A stretch of 64,000 nucleotides of DNA from Neodothiora populina (taxonomy: Eukaryota). Shown here piece by piece: positions 1-11,758 of the stretch. Location: assembly GCF_041146345.1 (NCBI RefSeq), contig NW_027191408.1, forward strand, positions 310,001 through 374,000, given 5' to 3'. Numbering within the stretch: the first letter of the stretch is position 1; each line of letters begins with the position of its first letter. The notes beneath the pieces are model-generated. The model had not been told where the DNA came from and did not search any database. It was given only the letters and a program-made list of their open reading frames with translations. The position numbers and the translations under genes were made by a program.

Positions 1-788
1 TGTTTCAGATCTAATGCTGTCTGAATGGCTTTGTTGATGGAATCTTTGCCTCCGGTGAACAGGCCGCTTTCGAGGCCTTCGTATCTGGTCAAGTCAGGAT
101 ACACCCCACGTCGCAAGAAAGAGAGAAGTGGATCGGTGTGAGGTGCCATGGGAAGGACAAGCCAATTGACAAGGATTCCATTTCCCATGTTTCCCCATGC
201 GAGCCAGCGCATGAGATCATTCTCGAGTTCGGCCTCGAGCTCGAGATTCTGGAGTTTGCGATAGAGGGGGTTATTGATGGCTTCGGCCCTTCCTAAGACA
301 ATAGGCCTGAAACCCTGTGCCCACCAGGCTCGTCTCCAAATAAGCAGGAGGCGATGTGTGGCATCCTTTGAATCTTCATCCTTGTCCCACTCCGTATCAT
401 AAAAGGTATAGATTGGCGGTCTCTTGTTGAGTGGTGGTAGGACTGCTCGGTTCTCGTCCAATGTGATGGAAGAGGAGAAGGGGTTCATCCACTTGAAATC
501 GCTGAACCATCTCGCCTCTCCGCTGGTACTGTTCGCTTGTTCCGGCGGAGGCGCATGGGCAGGAGCTCTGAAGGGGTTGAGAGATCCTGCCGATGGCAGC
601 TTTGGTAGTTGTTTGGGGAGATATTTGGCGGCTCCTTGTGCAGTTTCCTGGATATTTTCTGCGTATGGTACTTCGTAGGAGGTGTTGCCAAAGAAGACGA
701 TGCAGAGGACAACAAAGAGGGCTAAGCTGGTGACAATCTGGAGTCGTCGTGGGAGGTATGAACACGGATTGAGCCTTCGTGGTGCCAT
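1..788 (-). CDS. Conserved fungal type II membrane protein of unknown function; 3' end runs off the window
   Basis: Not in the ORF track because the frame is open to the window edge. Manual translation from the ATG at 788 gives MAPRRLNPCSYLPRRLQIVTSLALFVVLCIVFFG (TM segment)...WFSDFKWMNPFSSSITLDENRAVLPPLNKRPPIYTFYD...LLLIWRRAWWAQGFRPIVLG...DLMRWLAWGNMGNGILVNWL, with no stop before base 1. Confidence 0.8.
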   Translation of the reverse strand, partial: MAPRRLNPCSYLPRRLQIVTSLALFVVLCIVFFGNTSYEVPYAENIQETAQGAAKYLPKQLPKLPSAGSLNPFRAPAHAPPPEQANSTSGEARWFSDFKWMNPFSSSITLDENRAVLPPLNKRPPIYTFYDTEWDKDEDSKDATHRLLLIWRRAWWAQGFRPIVLGRAEAINNPLYRKLQNLELEAELENDLMRWLAWGNMGNGILVNWLVLPMAPHTDPLLSFLRRGVYPDLTRYEGLESGLFTGGKDSINKAIQTALDLK

Positions 789-867
789 GATGGACGACGT
801 TGGCCAAACCTGGCCGTGGCCTTGCAGTCTATCAATGCAGCATGCGCTGGTCAAGACGGTCTTGGGA

Positions 868-892
868 AGATCTCAGATCTCAGATCTCAGAC
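868..892. repeat. 7-bp tandem repeat (AGATCTC) x3.5
   Basis: agatctc agatctc agatctc agac, read directly, about 80 bp upstream of the ATG at 788. Confidence 0.85.
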
Positions 893-2669
893 CAGCTCCG
901 GGCACTGCGTGGCTGAGTTCTGCCGGTGCAAGTGTCAGTATATCAATTTGTATACTCTACAGGTCCAGGCGCGATATGCGATATGCAACCCCGTAGATGT
1001 GGCGGGCCGTCGAGCTTCGGTGTTGAGATACCAAGAGCTATAGAGAGAACTTGCTGACTGACTCAACAAGAATCCTCAAATGTGCAAAGTACACAAGGTA
1101 AGACACGATTAATTATCCAGGAGAGCTTGTATTCGCGACAATTAACGAGAGCCGCGCAAGCTAGACATGGTTCTGATGGCGTATATCTTGTACAGTACTG
1201 TATGCACATCCCATACCTTGTCGTCCGTGCGTCTCCCCACACGCGCACAGGAGTCGACTCGCGCGTTTTGCAGTATAAAATCTCAACTCATTGTTCTTGA
1301 TGCCGCTTCTCTAACAACCGTCCTTTTCAAGATAGTCAAGCCAAAGGACATCTTGAATTCTGAGAGAGTGGTCGTTTTCGACTTCGCATCTTCGTGGTAT
1401 TCTGGTCGCAATAATCTACTGACAGGTATGTTTATCCCCCTTGTTCAACACCCATCTCCGCATTGATGATAAAACTTCATGCACCACGCAGAGGCCTCCG
1501 GGCTTTGCTGAGAAACACCATATCAAAATATCTGAGCATTCTTATCCTCCTTGCATATTCACCATTGATCTTTGCTGGAGCGACGCTGACAGTGTCGCAA
1601 CAGTGAGAAGTGAGAACAACGCCATAGCTGATAGCGACAGAAGCTTCATACTCAATCGTTCGGCGCGTTCGCTATACTTGTCTTAGTCAATCTTTCTCAA
1701 TGCCAATAACTTTCTCCATGCTCATTCCAACCTTCGGGCTCTCGAACCGGCGAACTAGTCTCTTAGAGTTTTTCTGCTGCCGTCAAGTCCTGTGATCCTC
1801 TTTGCCCTCAATGCTTTGCGCTCTCGCTTCGAAGTCCTCGCCGTACCATGATTGCTCGAAATCGACGAGTGATCGACTGCTGATGTTATCGAGGCGGTAC
1901 TTCAATTGTGCATTTCTGATTAATTCTCAAACTCCTCCTCCAATTCGAACATGTGCTTAAGCGACGTTATATCCCCTCTCGTCTGAACATCAAACAACGG
2001 TTCCATCTTCAACCAGCAAGTCGCTCTCGCTGCAATCAGGTGATAGTCGTTCGGAGGGGATCCTACATTGACAATCGTGCAGTTTACTCGTTTCCGTTAT
2101 AAGTCGAACGTCAGACCCACTGGTGCAAACAAAAGTAGCTATTAATGGAACGACTGACATGAACCGTTTACATCTCAAAAATAGACAAAATGTAGGGATG
2201 GCGATCCTTCATGCAAACGACTGTGCCAACCATAACACTGCCACAACTGCTTTCATTTCCACCCTGACTAGTACTCGTGCCAACCCACACGGAATGATCA
2301 TGTCCGGTGCTACTGTGCAGACATGGCGAGCTACTGTATCTGTCTCGCACGCTCGCCTAGAAGTATCTATGAACGCTTAGAAATGTGCCCATCAGCCGCG
2401 CAGGAACCCCTGATATTGCGACCGCGGCTGTTTATGTGCAGCTCTGAGCACCGAGCGCACATCGCGGTCCCGATTTGGCAGGAATGCTTGTCTAAATGCC
2501 ATCGAAGCGAGGAGCGAGACAAGATATAAGAAGCGCCCGATGGAGATATCGTTCTTCTACACGAGTAACTGTGAAAACCTCACTTGACCATTTTTTCCCC
2601 AAAACAAAACAAGCGCTTTTCCTGATACTCACTCACCGACGAAAGCACACTACCGATCCTCCCACAACA

Positions 2670-2984
2670 ATGGCATCCGCAAAAGTCCTCATCACCATCC
2701 TATACCCCGTCAAGGAAGGCTCTACATTCAACCTCGAATACTACACGACAAAGCACATGCCCTTGGCCAAGGAGATCTGGGGCAGCGGATCCGACGGCCT
2801 GCTCTCGAGCGCCGTATACAGCCTGGACCCGAGCTCTGGCTTCGTCGTTCAGACCGTCACTGGCTGGAAGGACATGGCGGCTTTCCAGGCGGCCATGACC
2901 CACGAGAGAAGCAAGGAGTTGATCGAGGATGTCAAGAACTTTTGCGAGGTCGAGCCGAAGCTGTTGGTTGGCAATCTTGCTTAG
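2670..2984 (+). CDS. EthD-family (dimeric alpha/beta barrel) protein, 104 aa
   Basis: MASAKVLITILYPVKEGSTFNLEYYTTKHMPLAKEIWG matches the EthD-type 'LYP...F..EYY...HMPL' pattern. The ATG is in good context (acaATGG) and a TATA-like TATAAG lies near 2525. Confidence 0.8.
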   Translation: MASAKVLITILYPVKEGSTFNLEYYTTKHMPLAKEIWGSGSDGLLSSAVYSLDPSSGFVVQTVTGWKDMAAFQAAMTHERSKELIEDVKNFCEVEPKLLVGNLA

Positions 2985-3856
2985 AGGGCTGGGGAACAGG
3001 ATACATGGTGCTGTTTCCGTTGTCGCTGATTGATCATTACGAGGGACGACCTTTGGGAAGAGAAGCTTGATAATGGAGCCTTCGTTTTCGCACACTAGGC
3101 ACATGTGATTGCCTTGTGGGCCACGTTGTTGTCTCCTGAGCGCATATTATCCAAGTCTTAGAGAAGCCTGCGCTTGTTCATACGGGAAGGACGAGAAAGC
3201 TCCACTTAGGTGCATGCGTCGAAGCCACTGTGATAGCCACATACAGCTCTGCAAGTGCTAAAACCAAAGTACCAAAGGATAGCCTTTCTGTGCGGCCGTA
3301 GCCATATCGCCTTATCAGGTCTCCTAATAGCCAAATCAAGACTCACAGCCTGCCGAACATATCTCACGATAGTCAAAAGTCCAGTCTGCGTGTCGAAGTT
3401 CAGACCTGACCATGACATCATAGATTAGGAGACCGGGAGTGTAACTTCCGTCACACCTCAACACCTCAATCATGCCGCAACTAAGAGATCCTGCACCCCC
3501 GCCAACGCAAAATGCTGTGGACTGGGAATACACGAACTTCCGACCAACCATACATATAAGATCAGTAATGCGCACGGCATTTTATAATCCATTGAGCGCA
3601 GCAGGTCGGTACCGCACATTGGTGTAGTGCCCAGCCGGAGGCAGCACATGTCGGTAGTGAACATACAGAATCAGGGTTCTGTGTAAGGTAAGGTACAGCA
3701 AGTACCTCTAAATTGCGGGGAGGAGGAGGGGCGGGGCCCGACAGCATCTTGCCCACAAGCCATATCAAACCAAAAAGTCGACCTGTCAATTCGAGTTGCC
3801 GCTCATCTTTCCTTATTTCCAGCACTCACTTCGCTGTTGCCGGTGATTTGGACGGC

Positions 3857-3874
3857 GTGTGTGTGTGTGTGTGT
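3857..3874. repeat. (GT)9 microsatellite
   Basis: Direct read. Confidence 0.9.
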
Positions 3875-4163
3875 GCGTGTGCTGTGATTACTCACTTTCC
3901 CTCCAAATCGGAGTACCGGTGTACAACAGTTCCCCGACACCATGCATGTAAACTGGTCATGAGGCAGAACGCAGAAAAATGTGCGCTTAGAACCGGATCA
4001 AATCCGTGACTAGCAAGAGGGAAAAGGGACTAAAAAAAAGCCTCGAGCCTGCTACGAGCTGGCATATATCTACCACGAGGCGCGAGAACGATTCTTTTAC
4101 CTGTTTCTGCGTTTCTGCGTGTTAGGGTACAGGGCGAGCGGGGACCTGTTTCCATCGTCAATA

Positions 4164-4757
4164 ATGTCAGCAAATCCGATCCGGCCAATAGCGCATCCGA
4201 CCCCTCGATTGAAGAGCAACGGTACCCTGAGGCAACAGTATCAGCATCAACCAGGCGGCGGCGGCGGTGGTAGCGGACCGCCTGCGCAGGGATACAGGGC
4301 TGCGTCAGAAGAGGAGACGGTCCAAGATCGTCATCAACGCAATCAAGCCGCGAGCATTCTAGCAAACTACGAGCAGCTAGTATGGCTTGCGATGGCTAGG
4401 AACGAGGTAAGATCTACCCAATTCCTGGCTTGAGCCGTCGATTTGTCTCGTTTCTCGTGGACTGCTCGTATCAGAGACAATAAACTGAACATATTCCAGT
4501 CAATTGTGCAGACTCGACTATACTACGAAGCCATCCTCGCGGGCCTGCCCACTACTGATCCCGATGTCGAGTGGCCAACAGAATATCAGAGCGCTAGCAA
4601 AGACGCACAAGGTAGGAGCCCAGCGGGAAAGGGAAAAGCAAGGGCTGTAGGCGAGGGGTCCTCAAAGCACAAAAACGCGGGTGAGGGTGGTTCTTCTTCA
4701 TCGGCGAAGAAAAGAGATAGAGATCGGGGAAGTGGTCGAAGAAGCCTCGGGGCTTGA
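4164..4757 (+). CDS. Small hypothetical protein with a basic C-terminus; 2 exons (4164-4406, 4500-4757)
   Basis: A GTAAGA...CCAG intron (4407-4499) joins two ORFs in frame: ...QAASILANYEQLVWLAMARNE/SIVQTRLYYEAILAG... The tail contains an NLS-like KKRDRDR. Confidence 0.65.
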
Positions 4758-5099
4758 GTCCCTACATGAAGCATGGATGCGAAAGGATAGAAGGATGTAT
4801 CGCTGTCTAACCCATTTTACGGATGATGTCGGCCACAATTGTTGATACCCTTGAGCAGTGGCCTCTATCGATGTCTGTTTTTGCTTGAATATACATTGCC
4901 ATCTAGATCTAAGAATTAAAGCATTCCTTTAAGGACCTGGCAATATAGTTATTGTCTCGATATTACACCGATTTTCTACACCTGACGGAGGATGAATCGA
5001 ATCAGCATCAGAAGCACCTCATCAATTCTTTCAGGAGTCGATTGAACGCATTGCAAAGGCGTCTGCTGCTTTACATGAAGCATATATCCGATGGATCGA

Positions 5100-6137
5100 T
5101 CACACGATACCGGGAAGCATGGCAAACCTCTTGCGCTGATACTTGTCGCCAAACTCCTTGCGATATCTCTTCTCTTTCTTCCATGCCCAAGCAGCCATTT
5201 GTGCAACAGCGATGACAATGAAGAGTCCAGTGCTCAAGCTCCAAGTTGCAAGCCACATTCCCACCCAAGCGATGGTCTCGAACAGGTAGTTGGGGCAAGT
5301 GACGAGACCAAAGCCAAGACCTTTGGGAATGCCACGCTCCGTACCACCAGCAGATCTCAAACCACGCAGTGTCAAATGCGCATTCAGATTACCGAGCTCA
5401 CCTACCAAGAACAATGCAATGGCAGCATACTTGATCAGAGGACTCGATGGAGCCGCAGTTGGCGCGTCGGGTCGGTTGATCCAGTAGGCGATGTTCAGGC
5501 CGCCGAAGATCCAGTAGTGACCGGAGTTCTTGAAGATGTTGAATGCCGGCATGGTGGCACTTGAGAAGCGATGGACGAAGATAGTCTCCAACTCGCGCTT
5601 GACAAAGTGCAAGGTGAGTAGAATAGTGGAAAGGGTCTGCATATCAGACGGCGCGCCGGCATTAGAGTAGATGTATGGCCTGAGGTAATAGAACAGGGGA
5701 TAGAAGAGCACCGGTCCAAGATACTCGATGATGAAAACGGTCTGCCATGCTATCTGTGGGCCTGTGATGCAGTGTGTGAGCTTGCATCGTCGTCAATATA
5801 TACATGTATGGAGTAGCTACCTAGGTCTTTGACCAGTACCACGCTGTCATTCTTCAGACCGGTTCGCTCGACAGTAAAGTCTTTGGCGTTGGGTATGAGT
5901 GCTCCGCCATCTTCGACTGTCAATCGAAGCCTGTGGATCGAAACACCTGCCTCGGCCGCCAGCCGGTGGTACAGGTCAGAGGTGTTGCCTTGCAGATATG
6001 CGCTGACAGTCTTGGGGAGCTTTCGGCTGATGGGTTTGCCTGAAGATTGTGGGTGCTTAGTTCAGACGTCATATGAATATGTGACAACTTTACGAACCCC
6101 TGGGTTTTACTGTCAACGTGATTGGTTTCGAAGCCAT
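5100..6137 (-). CDS. TSC13: Very-long-chain enoyl-CoA reductase (steroid 5-alpha-reductase family); 3 exons
   Basis: Ubiquitin-like N-terminus followed by VKDLG/PQIAWQTVFIIEYLGP, HFVKRELETIFVHRFSSATMP, FKNSGHYW and VTCPNYLFE. Introns at 6040-6097 and 5762-5820. Confidence 0.93.
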
Positions 6138-7292
6138 CTTGTCCGGCGTGGCTAGTGACTAGAAATGTGGTGTTTTGCCCGGTAAGATGCTATACTGGAA
6201 GGTACAAGTAACTCTGCTTTGATCGCCAACACCGCGCCAAGATCTGACATACTACAAGTATGATTATCGTGAGTGAAGCTCTTCGAGAATGGACAGTCGA
6301 ACCGAGGCTTTCTTTCGAGTCTGACTTTGTTCAGCTTCGTGAGCTTAAACCGAAGCTTCACGCTTACATTTACCTCGAGGTACTGGACTCCTCATCCAGG
6401 CCACCCGTCGACAAGGTAAGGTAGCGAACGATGCGAGCCGTCTTTAGACACTGCCTCAAGTACCTCACTGTGGGGAACATTGGCAGTATAGTACAACAGA
6501 GCGGTGACCTCTGCAGCCTGAACGCCTTGATATTCAATTGCTCCAGCTACATTCCTCCTCATACTAAGCATGGTCTTCTACTGTTGACTACCGGGTTGTT
6601 ACCTTCCACCACTTGCAGTAGCTATTCAGCCAAGTCACGACACAGTGGAGCCGGAAAAGCCGAGGCGTGCGCCTGCAAAGCCGAATGGCAGATCAGGCCC
6701 CCATTCAGGATGCAGCTCAGTCACCTTAGGTTCCCATCTGTGTTCACTAAACAGACACCATGGGTTGTGGGCCCACAAAGATTATGCGCGACCAGAAACA
6801 GGCGTTGTCGCGGTCTCTTTAAAGGGTAATCGGGTGGTGCGTTACTGGCTCCTAACTCTGGTGGCTTAGCGGCTGTACCTATTCTCAGCCGCAGCTACCA
6901 TTTAGTATTTTGCTCTAAGGCACGACAGGCGAGAAAATTGATGCAGACGTGCTAATTACCAACAGATGTTATGCCTTAAAATGCCGTAAGCACCTCTCAT
7001 GCTTGTGTCTTAGCGATTGAAACATATATATCCCGATGCGTGAACCCTGCTCTACATCGTGTCCAGCCTCAGCCGTTAATTGATCTGAAAGAGTATATGA
7101 TACTCATTCTCGCTGAGTTCCATCCTACATTTCTATACCTTATCTCACACTTCGTTCGAGTCGGCGTGTTCTGCCCTGTCGATACCCTTACATATACCTA
7201 TCACAACCATTGATTGAGTACCCACTATCCACATTGTATAAAAGGCAAGACAAGTCTCTGGCATCAGGTCTTCTGGATCTTTGTCTTGCAAC

Positions 7293-10200
7293 ATGATTTC
7301 CTTCATCCTTACACTGTTCGTGAGAACTTTTGTGTTCTTCTTCATCCGTCCAGCACAGAGTCTATTGGTCATAGTTGGGATCCAACCTCATACCCCGAGT
7401 CCCCCTAAGAGCACTAGCAATGGCGTGGTAGCTGTGAATGGACTGAACAAGCCAACTCCTGCTGATCCACCCGAGCCTCGAAAACTCTCTGGCTTCGAGG
7501 AGACACAGTCAAGGATTGACAGCGCGATTGCGCAGATGAGCAAACTCCTGAAAGCAATGAAAGCCCCTGTTTCTACTGGCACGGGAAACGGGGCCCCTTT
7601 GGAGGAAGCACCAAAAACTGGCATCACGAACGCAATCAAGGCAGTCCTCAATGACCTGTCTAGGCTGGGGTTCAATAACATGGAGAAGGTCGCAAAAATG
7701 GGACTCACACTCAAAGCTGGTGAAGACGTCGATGACCGAGAGTACCTGATGGAGTATCTCATCCAGGTTGGTGTGTGATTTCAACCCAGCTGCCTGGTTG
7801 CTGACTTTCTATCACAGGCCGCTGCAAAACTGCCGTCGGATCTGGTAGGAGAGAAGATCACGAATGACTTTGTTACGCAGCTTTGGGATGATTTGCAGCA
7901 TCCACCGCAAGTGTAAGTATACTGTGACATTTGTGAGGTCTTATATGCTGATTCCTGAGCAGCTTCATGTCCGACAAGTATCAATACCGCTCAGCGGATG
8001 GCTCTAACAACGTAAATTCTCATCCTTCGAATATAATTTAGAGAATTGGCTAAAATTTCATAGAGTTATTTGCATCCCCAACTTGGCGCAGCGCATCAGT
8101 CCTATGCGCGCACTGTAAAGCCCACAAAGGTTCAGTCTGGAGAGCTCCCAGATCCTGGTATGCTGTTTGACCTGCTCATGGCAAGGGACCACCCTGTGGA
8201 GCATCCGAACAGGATCTCGAGTATGCTGTTCTACTTGGCATCGATTATCATTCATGATCTTTTCAGGACGAGCCACGAAGACTTTCGGATCTCTGATACC
8301 TCGTCATATCTCGATCTATCCCCGTTGTACGGAAGTGACGAAGGAGAGCAGCATCGTATGAGAACATTCAAAGACGGAAAGATCAAGCCTGATTGTTTCT
8401 CGGAGACACGTCTGCTTGCTTTTCCTCCAGGTGTTGGCACGCTACTCATCATGTTCAATCGTTTCCACAATTACACTGTTGAACAGATTGCACTAATCAA
8501 CGAGGGCGGCCGCTTCACGCCTCCAGCAAAGAACCTTCCCGAAGAGAAATATCACAGAGCCTTAAAGAGGTACGACAACGACCTCTTCCAGACTGGTCGT
8601 TTGGTAACGTGTGGTCTTTACGTCAACATCATTCTTATTGACTATGTGCGAACCATTCTCAACCTCAACCGCACAGACGAGAACTGGCAGCTCAACCCCA
8701 GAGTCGAGGTCAAGGGTACTGCGCTCGGAACCGGTAACCAAGTCAGCGCCGAGTTCAATCTCGTCTATCGCTGGCATGCAGCTGTGTCCGACAAAGATGA
8801 CAAATGGACACAGGCATTGTTTGCCGAGCTTTTTGATGGACAATCGCCAGAAAGTATTCCTCAAGGTGAGTTTCTGAAGAAACTTGGACACATGCAACGC
8901 GACACAGAGAAGCTTGAGCCCGAGGAGCGAGACTTCAATCACCTCAAACGCAAAGCAGATGGTACCTTCAGTGACGACGACTTGGTCAAGATCCTCGTCG
9001 AGAGCATTGAGGACTGTGCAAACACTTATGGTCCTCGAATGGTACCCACAGTCTTTAGACAGGTCGAGGTTTTGGGCATTAGACAGGCTCGTGCCTGGAA
9101 CCTGGCTACTCTGAACGAATTCAGGAAGCATTTCCAGTTGAAGCCATATGCAAAGTTCTCCGAGATCACTTCGGACAAGGACGTCGCGCAGGTACTGGAG
9201 AAGCTGTATGATACCCCTGACGATGTCGAGATCTATCCTGGACTTGTTGTTGAAGATGCAAAGGAACCAATGGTACCTGGCTCCGGTCTCTGTCCGTCTT
9301 ACACCACCTCGCGCGCCGTCCTCTCTGATGCGGTCGCGCTTGTGAGGGGTGACAGATTCTACACTGATTCCTATCATCCCAAAGCCCTCACTAATTGGGG
9401 CTTCAATGAGCAAACCTTTGATGTCAACGTTGACAACGGATGTGTCTTCTACAAGCTGATCTTGCGCGCCTTTCCCAATCACTTTGAGCCTGATTCGGTC
9501 TATGCGCATTATCCTCTGACGGTTCCGGATGAGATGAAGAAAGTTCTCACTGATCTCAAGAAAGCAAAGAAGTACTCGTTCTCAAGACCAGGCGCACTGC
9601 CCATACCGCAGGTGGTCTTTTCATATGACGCCGCTACAAGAATTGCTGGTGATCAAGAAACATTCAAGGTCACATGGGGTAAGGCTATGGAGTTCTTGAT
9701 GGGCCCCACAGCGAAAAACTACATGCTGGCAGGGGACGGTGAGCCCAACAAGGAGTCTCGGACGCTGATGGAAAATGCCATGTACATGGGTCCGTACTCC
9801 AGGAGCATCCCCAAAGGCAACGAGAAATGGCTGCAAGAAGTGCGAAAGTTCTACGAAGACATCACGCACAAGCTGCTGAAGAAGAAGTCGTACAAGGTCG
9901 GCAAGGTCAATCAAGTCGATATTATCCGGGACGTCGGCAACATGGCTCACGTTTACTTCGCTGCCGAGATGTTCTCGCTTCCACTAAAGACAGACGAGAA
10001 TCCTCACGGTGTCTTCTCGGAGTATGAGATGTACCTCGTCATGGCGGCGGTGTTCATCTGCGTGTTCTTCGACGTGGACCCTCCTTCTAGTTTCCCGCTG
10101 AGACAGGCAGCTCACGAAGCCACACAGCAATTAGGGAATCTCGTCTACCTCGAAGCGGCCTCGATCAAGACCACTGGGGACTTTACGAAGCTCATGCAGA

Positions 10201-11009
10201 ATGTCCTGCACCCCTCCGATTCGAAGCTCAAGGACTACGGCGTCCACATGATCCAGCGTCTGCTCGCTTCAGGACTTCCAGTCAAGAACATTGTATGGGG
10301 CAACATCATAGCCACAGCTGGCGGCATGGTGGCCAATCAAGGCCAACTCCTCGGCCAAGTCCTCGACTTCCTATTCAGCAAAGACGGCCACAAATACCGC
10401 AGTGTTCTCCACGAGCTAGCTCTACAAGACACCCCTGAAGCCGACGATCGCATCATGCGCTACTTTCTCGAATTCTCCCGACTGCATGGCGAAACAGCGG
10501 TGGTGCGCGATGTCGCCAAAGCCGTGACGGTGCAAGACGGCGACCGCACGCTGCATCTCAGAGCAGGCGACCGCGTCTTGGTCAATTTCAAAGCCGCCTC
10601 CCGCGACCCCGTCGCCTTCCCGGATCCAGACGATATCCGACTCGATCGTCCAATCGATGGCTACATCCACTTGGGCTACGGACCTCACCAGTGTCTCGGA
10701 TTGCCCATCGTCCGCGTGTCGTTGACAGCCATGCTGAAAGAGATCTTCAAGCTTGAAGGACTGACCCCGGCGCCAGTGTGGCCTGGTCCCGTCAGCAAGG
10801 TCAAGAAAGTGCTCAAGAAGTTCCCTGGCGGCGAGGGGCTGCCTGATGATTGGCAGTACCATGGGTACTTAACCGAGGATTGGGATCAGTACTTTCCGTT
10901 TCCTACCAGTAAGTTTCCCTGTCTCCTTTTCTTTGATTTTCAGCTGGAGAACGACGGAGCTAATGAGCTTGTGATAGGTCTCAAAGTACACTACAAAGAC
11001 ACAAAGTAG
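7293..11009 (+). CDS. Fatty-acid dioxygenase-cytochrome P450 fusion (linoleate diol synthase / PpoA-like); 5 exons
   Basis: Peroxidase domain: YRSADGSNN, IIHDLFRT (distal His), DLSPLYG, EFNLVYRWH (catalytic Tyr and proximal His), DAVALVRGDRF. P450 domain: ANQGQ, EFSR (ExxR), HLGYGPHQCLG (heme Cys). Introns at 7767-7817, 7913-7962, 8012-8063 and 10909-10977. Confidence 0.93.
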
Positions 11010-11636
11010 TGATGTTTTGGGCTCTCTGGGTCTTTGCATGACTTGGGTGCAGTAAATTTATCAAGACTGAGTTGACGACATGGCTGATGAGGATATACAT
11101 CACGTAAAAGAACCACAATTCTTTGCTTTCATTATACACCATGACTTTATTCTTCAACTTTTCATTCGTTGAATCCTCGAGTCGAGGGTGGGATACATGA
11201 CAGATGTCGATGGAGAGGGAGGGGAGAGGAGTGGAGTGTAGTGATTAGATGCGGCATCAATAAAGTATACCTAGCTGGTTTCAGGACGCAGAACTTTGCT
11301 CTCCTAATTTCTTTATTTTCACATCGTTCTATCCTGTTCGATTCCTCTTGCAGGGAAAGGGAGGGCAGTCTTCTTTGCCATACTGTTCGTTTCCTTCTCG
11401 CAATCACTTCTCAAGGAGGAACAGTGAATGCCTAGCTGGCTAGTACATACGTTTCCGGAGAGCCAGTATATTTCTTTTATATTTTTGTGGGCTAAGCCAA
11501 GAGGCGAGGAAAGAGAGCAGGAAATCAAGAGGATGATGGTTTCTTTTCTTCTAGGGTGTCTCTATCATTCAAGTGCTTTTTCTTTCCTTTTGAAAAGTAC
11601 ATGACCGAGCCGCTGAAATCACCCTCTTCCTACCCC

Positions 11637-11662
11637 TTTTTTTTTGGGTGGGGGGGGGGGGG
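11637..11662. repeat. T9 and G13 homopolymer runs in the RPB3 3' region
   Basis: ttttttttt gggt ggggggggggggg, read directly. Confidence 0.85.
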
Positions 11663-11758
11663 CGCGACTTTTTACTCCTGTATATCATTTCCGTTTTCTT
11701 CTCTTTTGGTATATCGTTTATTCTCGTATTTTTGGATATCGGATGAGCTCAAGTCGTC

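Noticed and set aside
8562..9509. Long antisense ORFs (this one, 56835-57851, 61252-61875, 34587-35195)
   Set aside because: They are shadows of codon-biased genes on the opposite strand.
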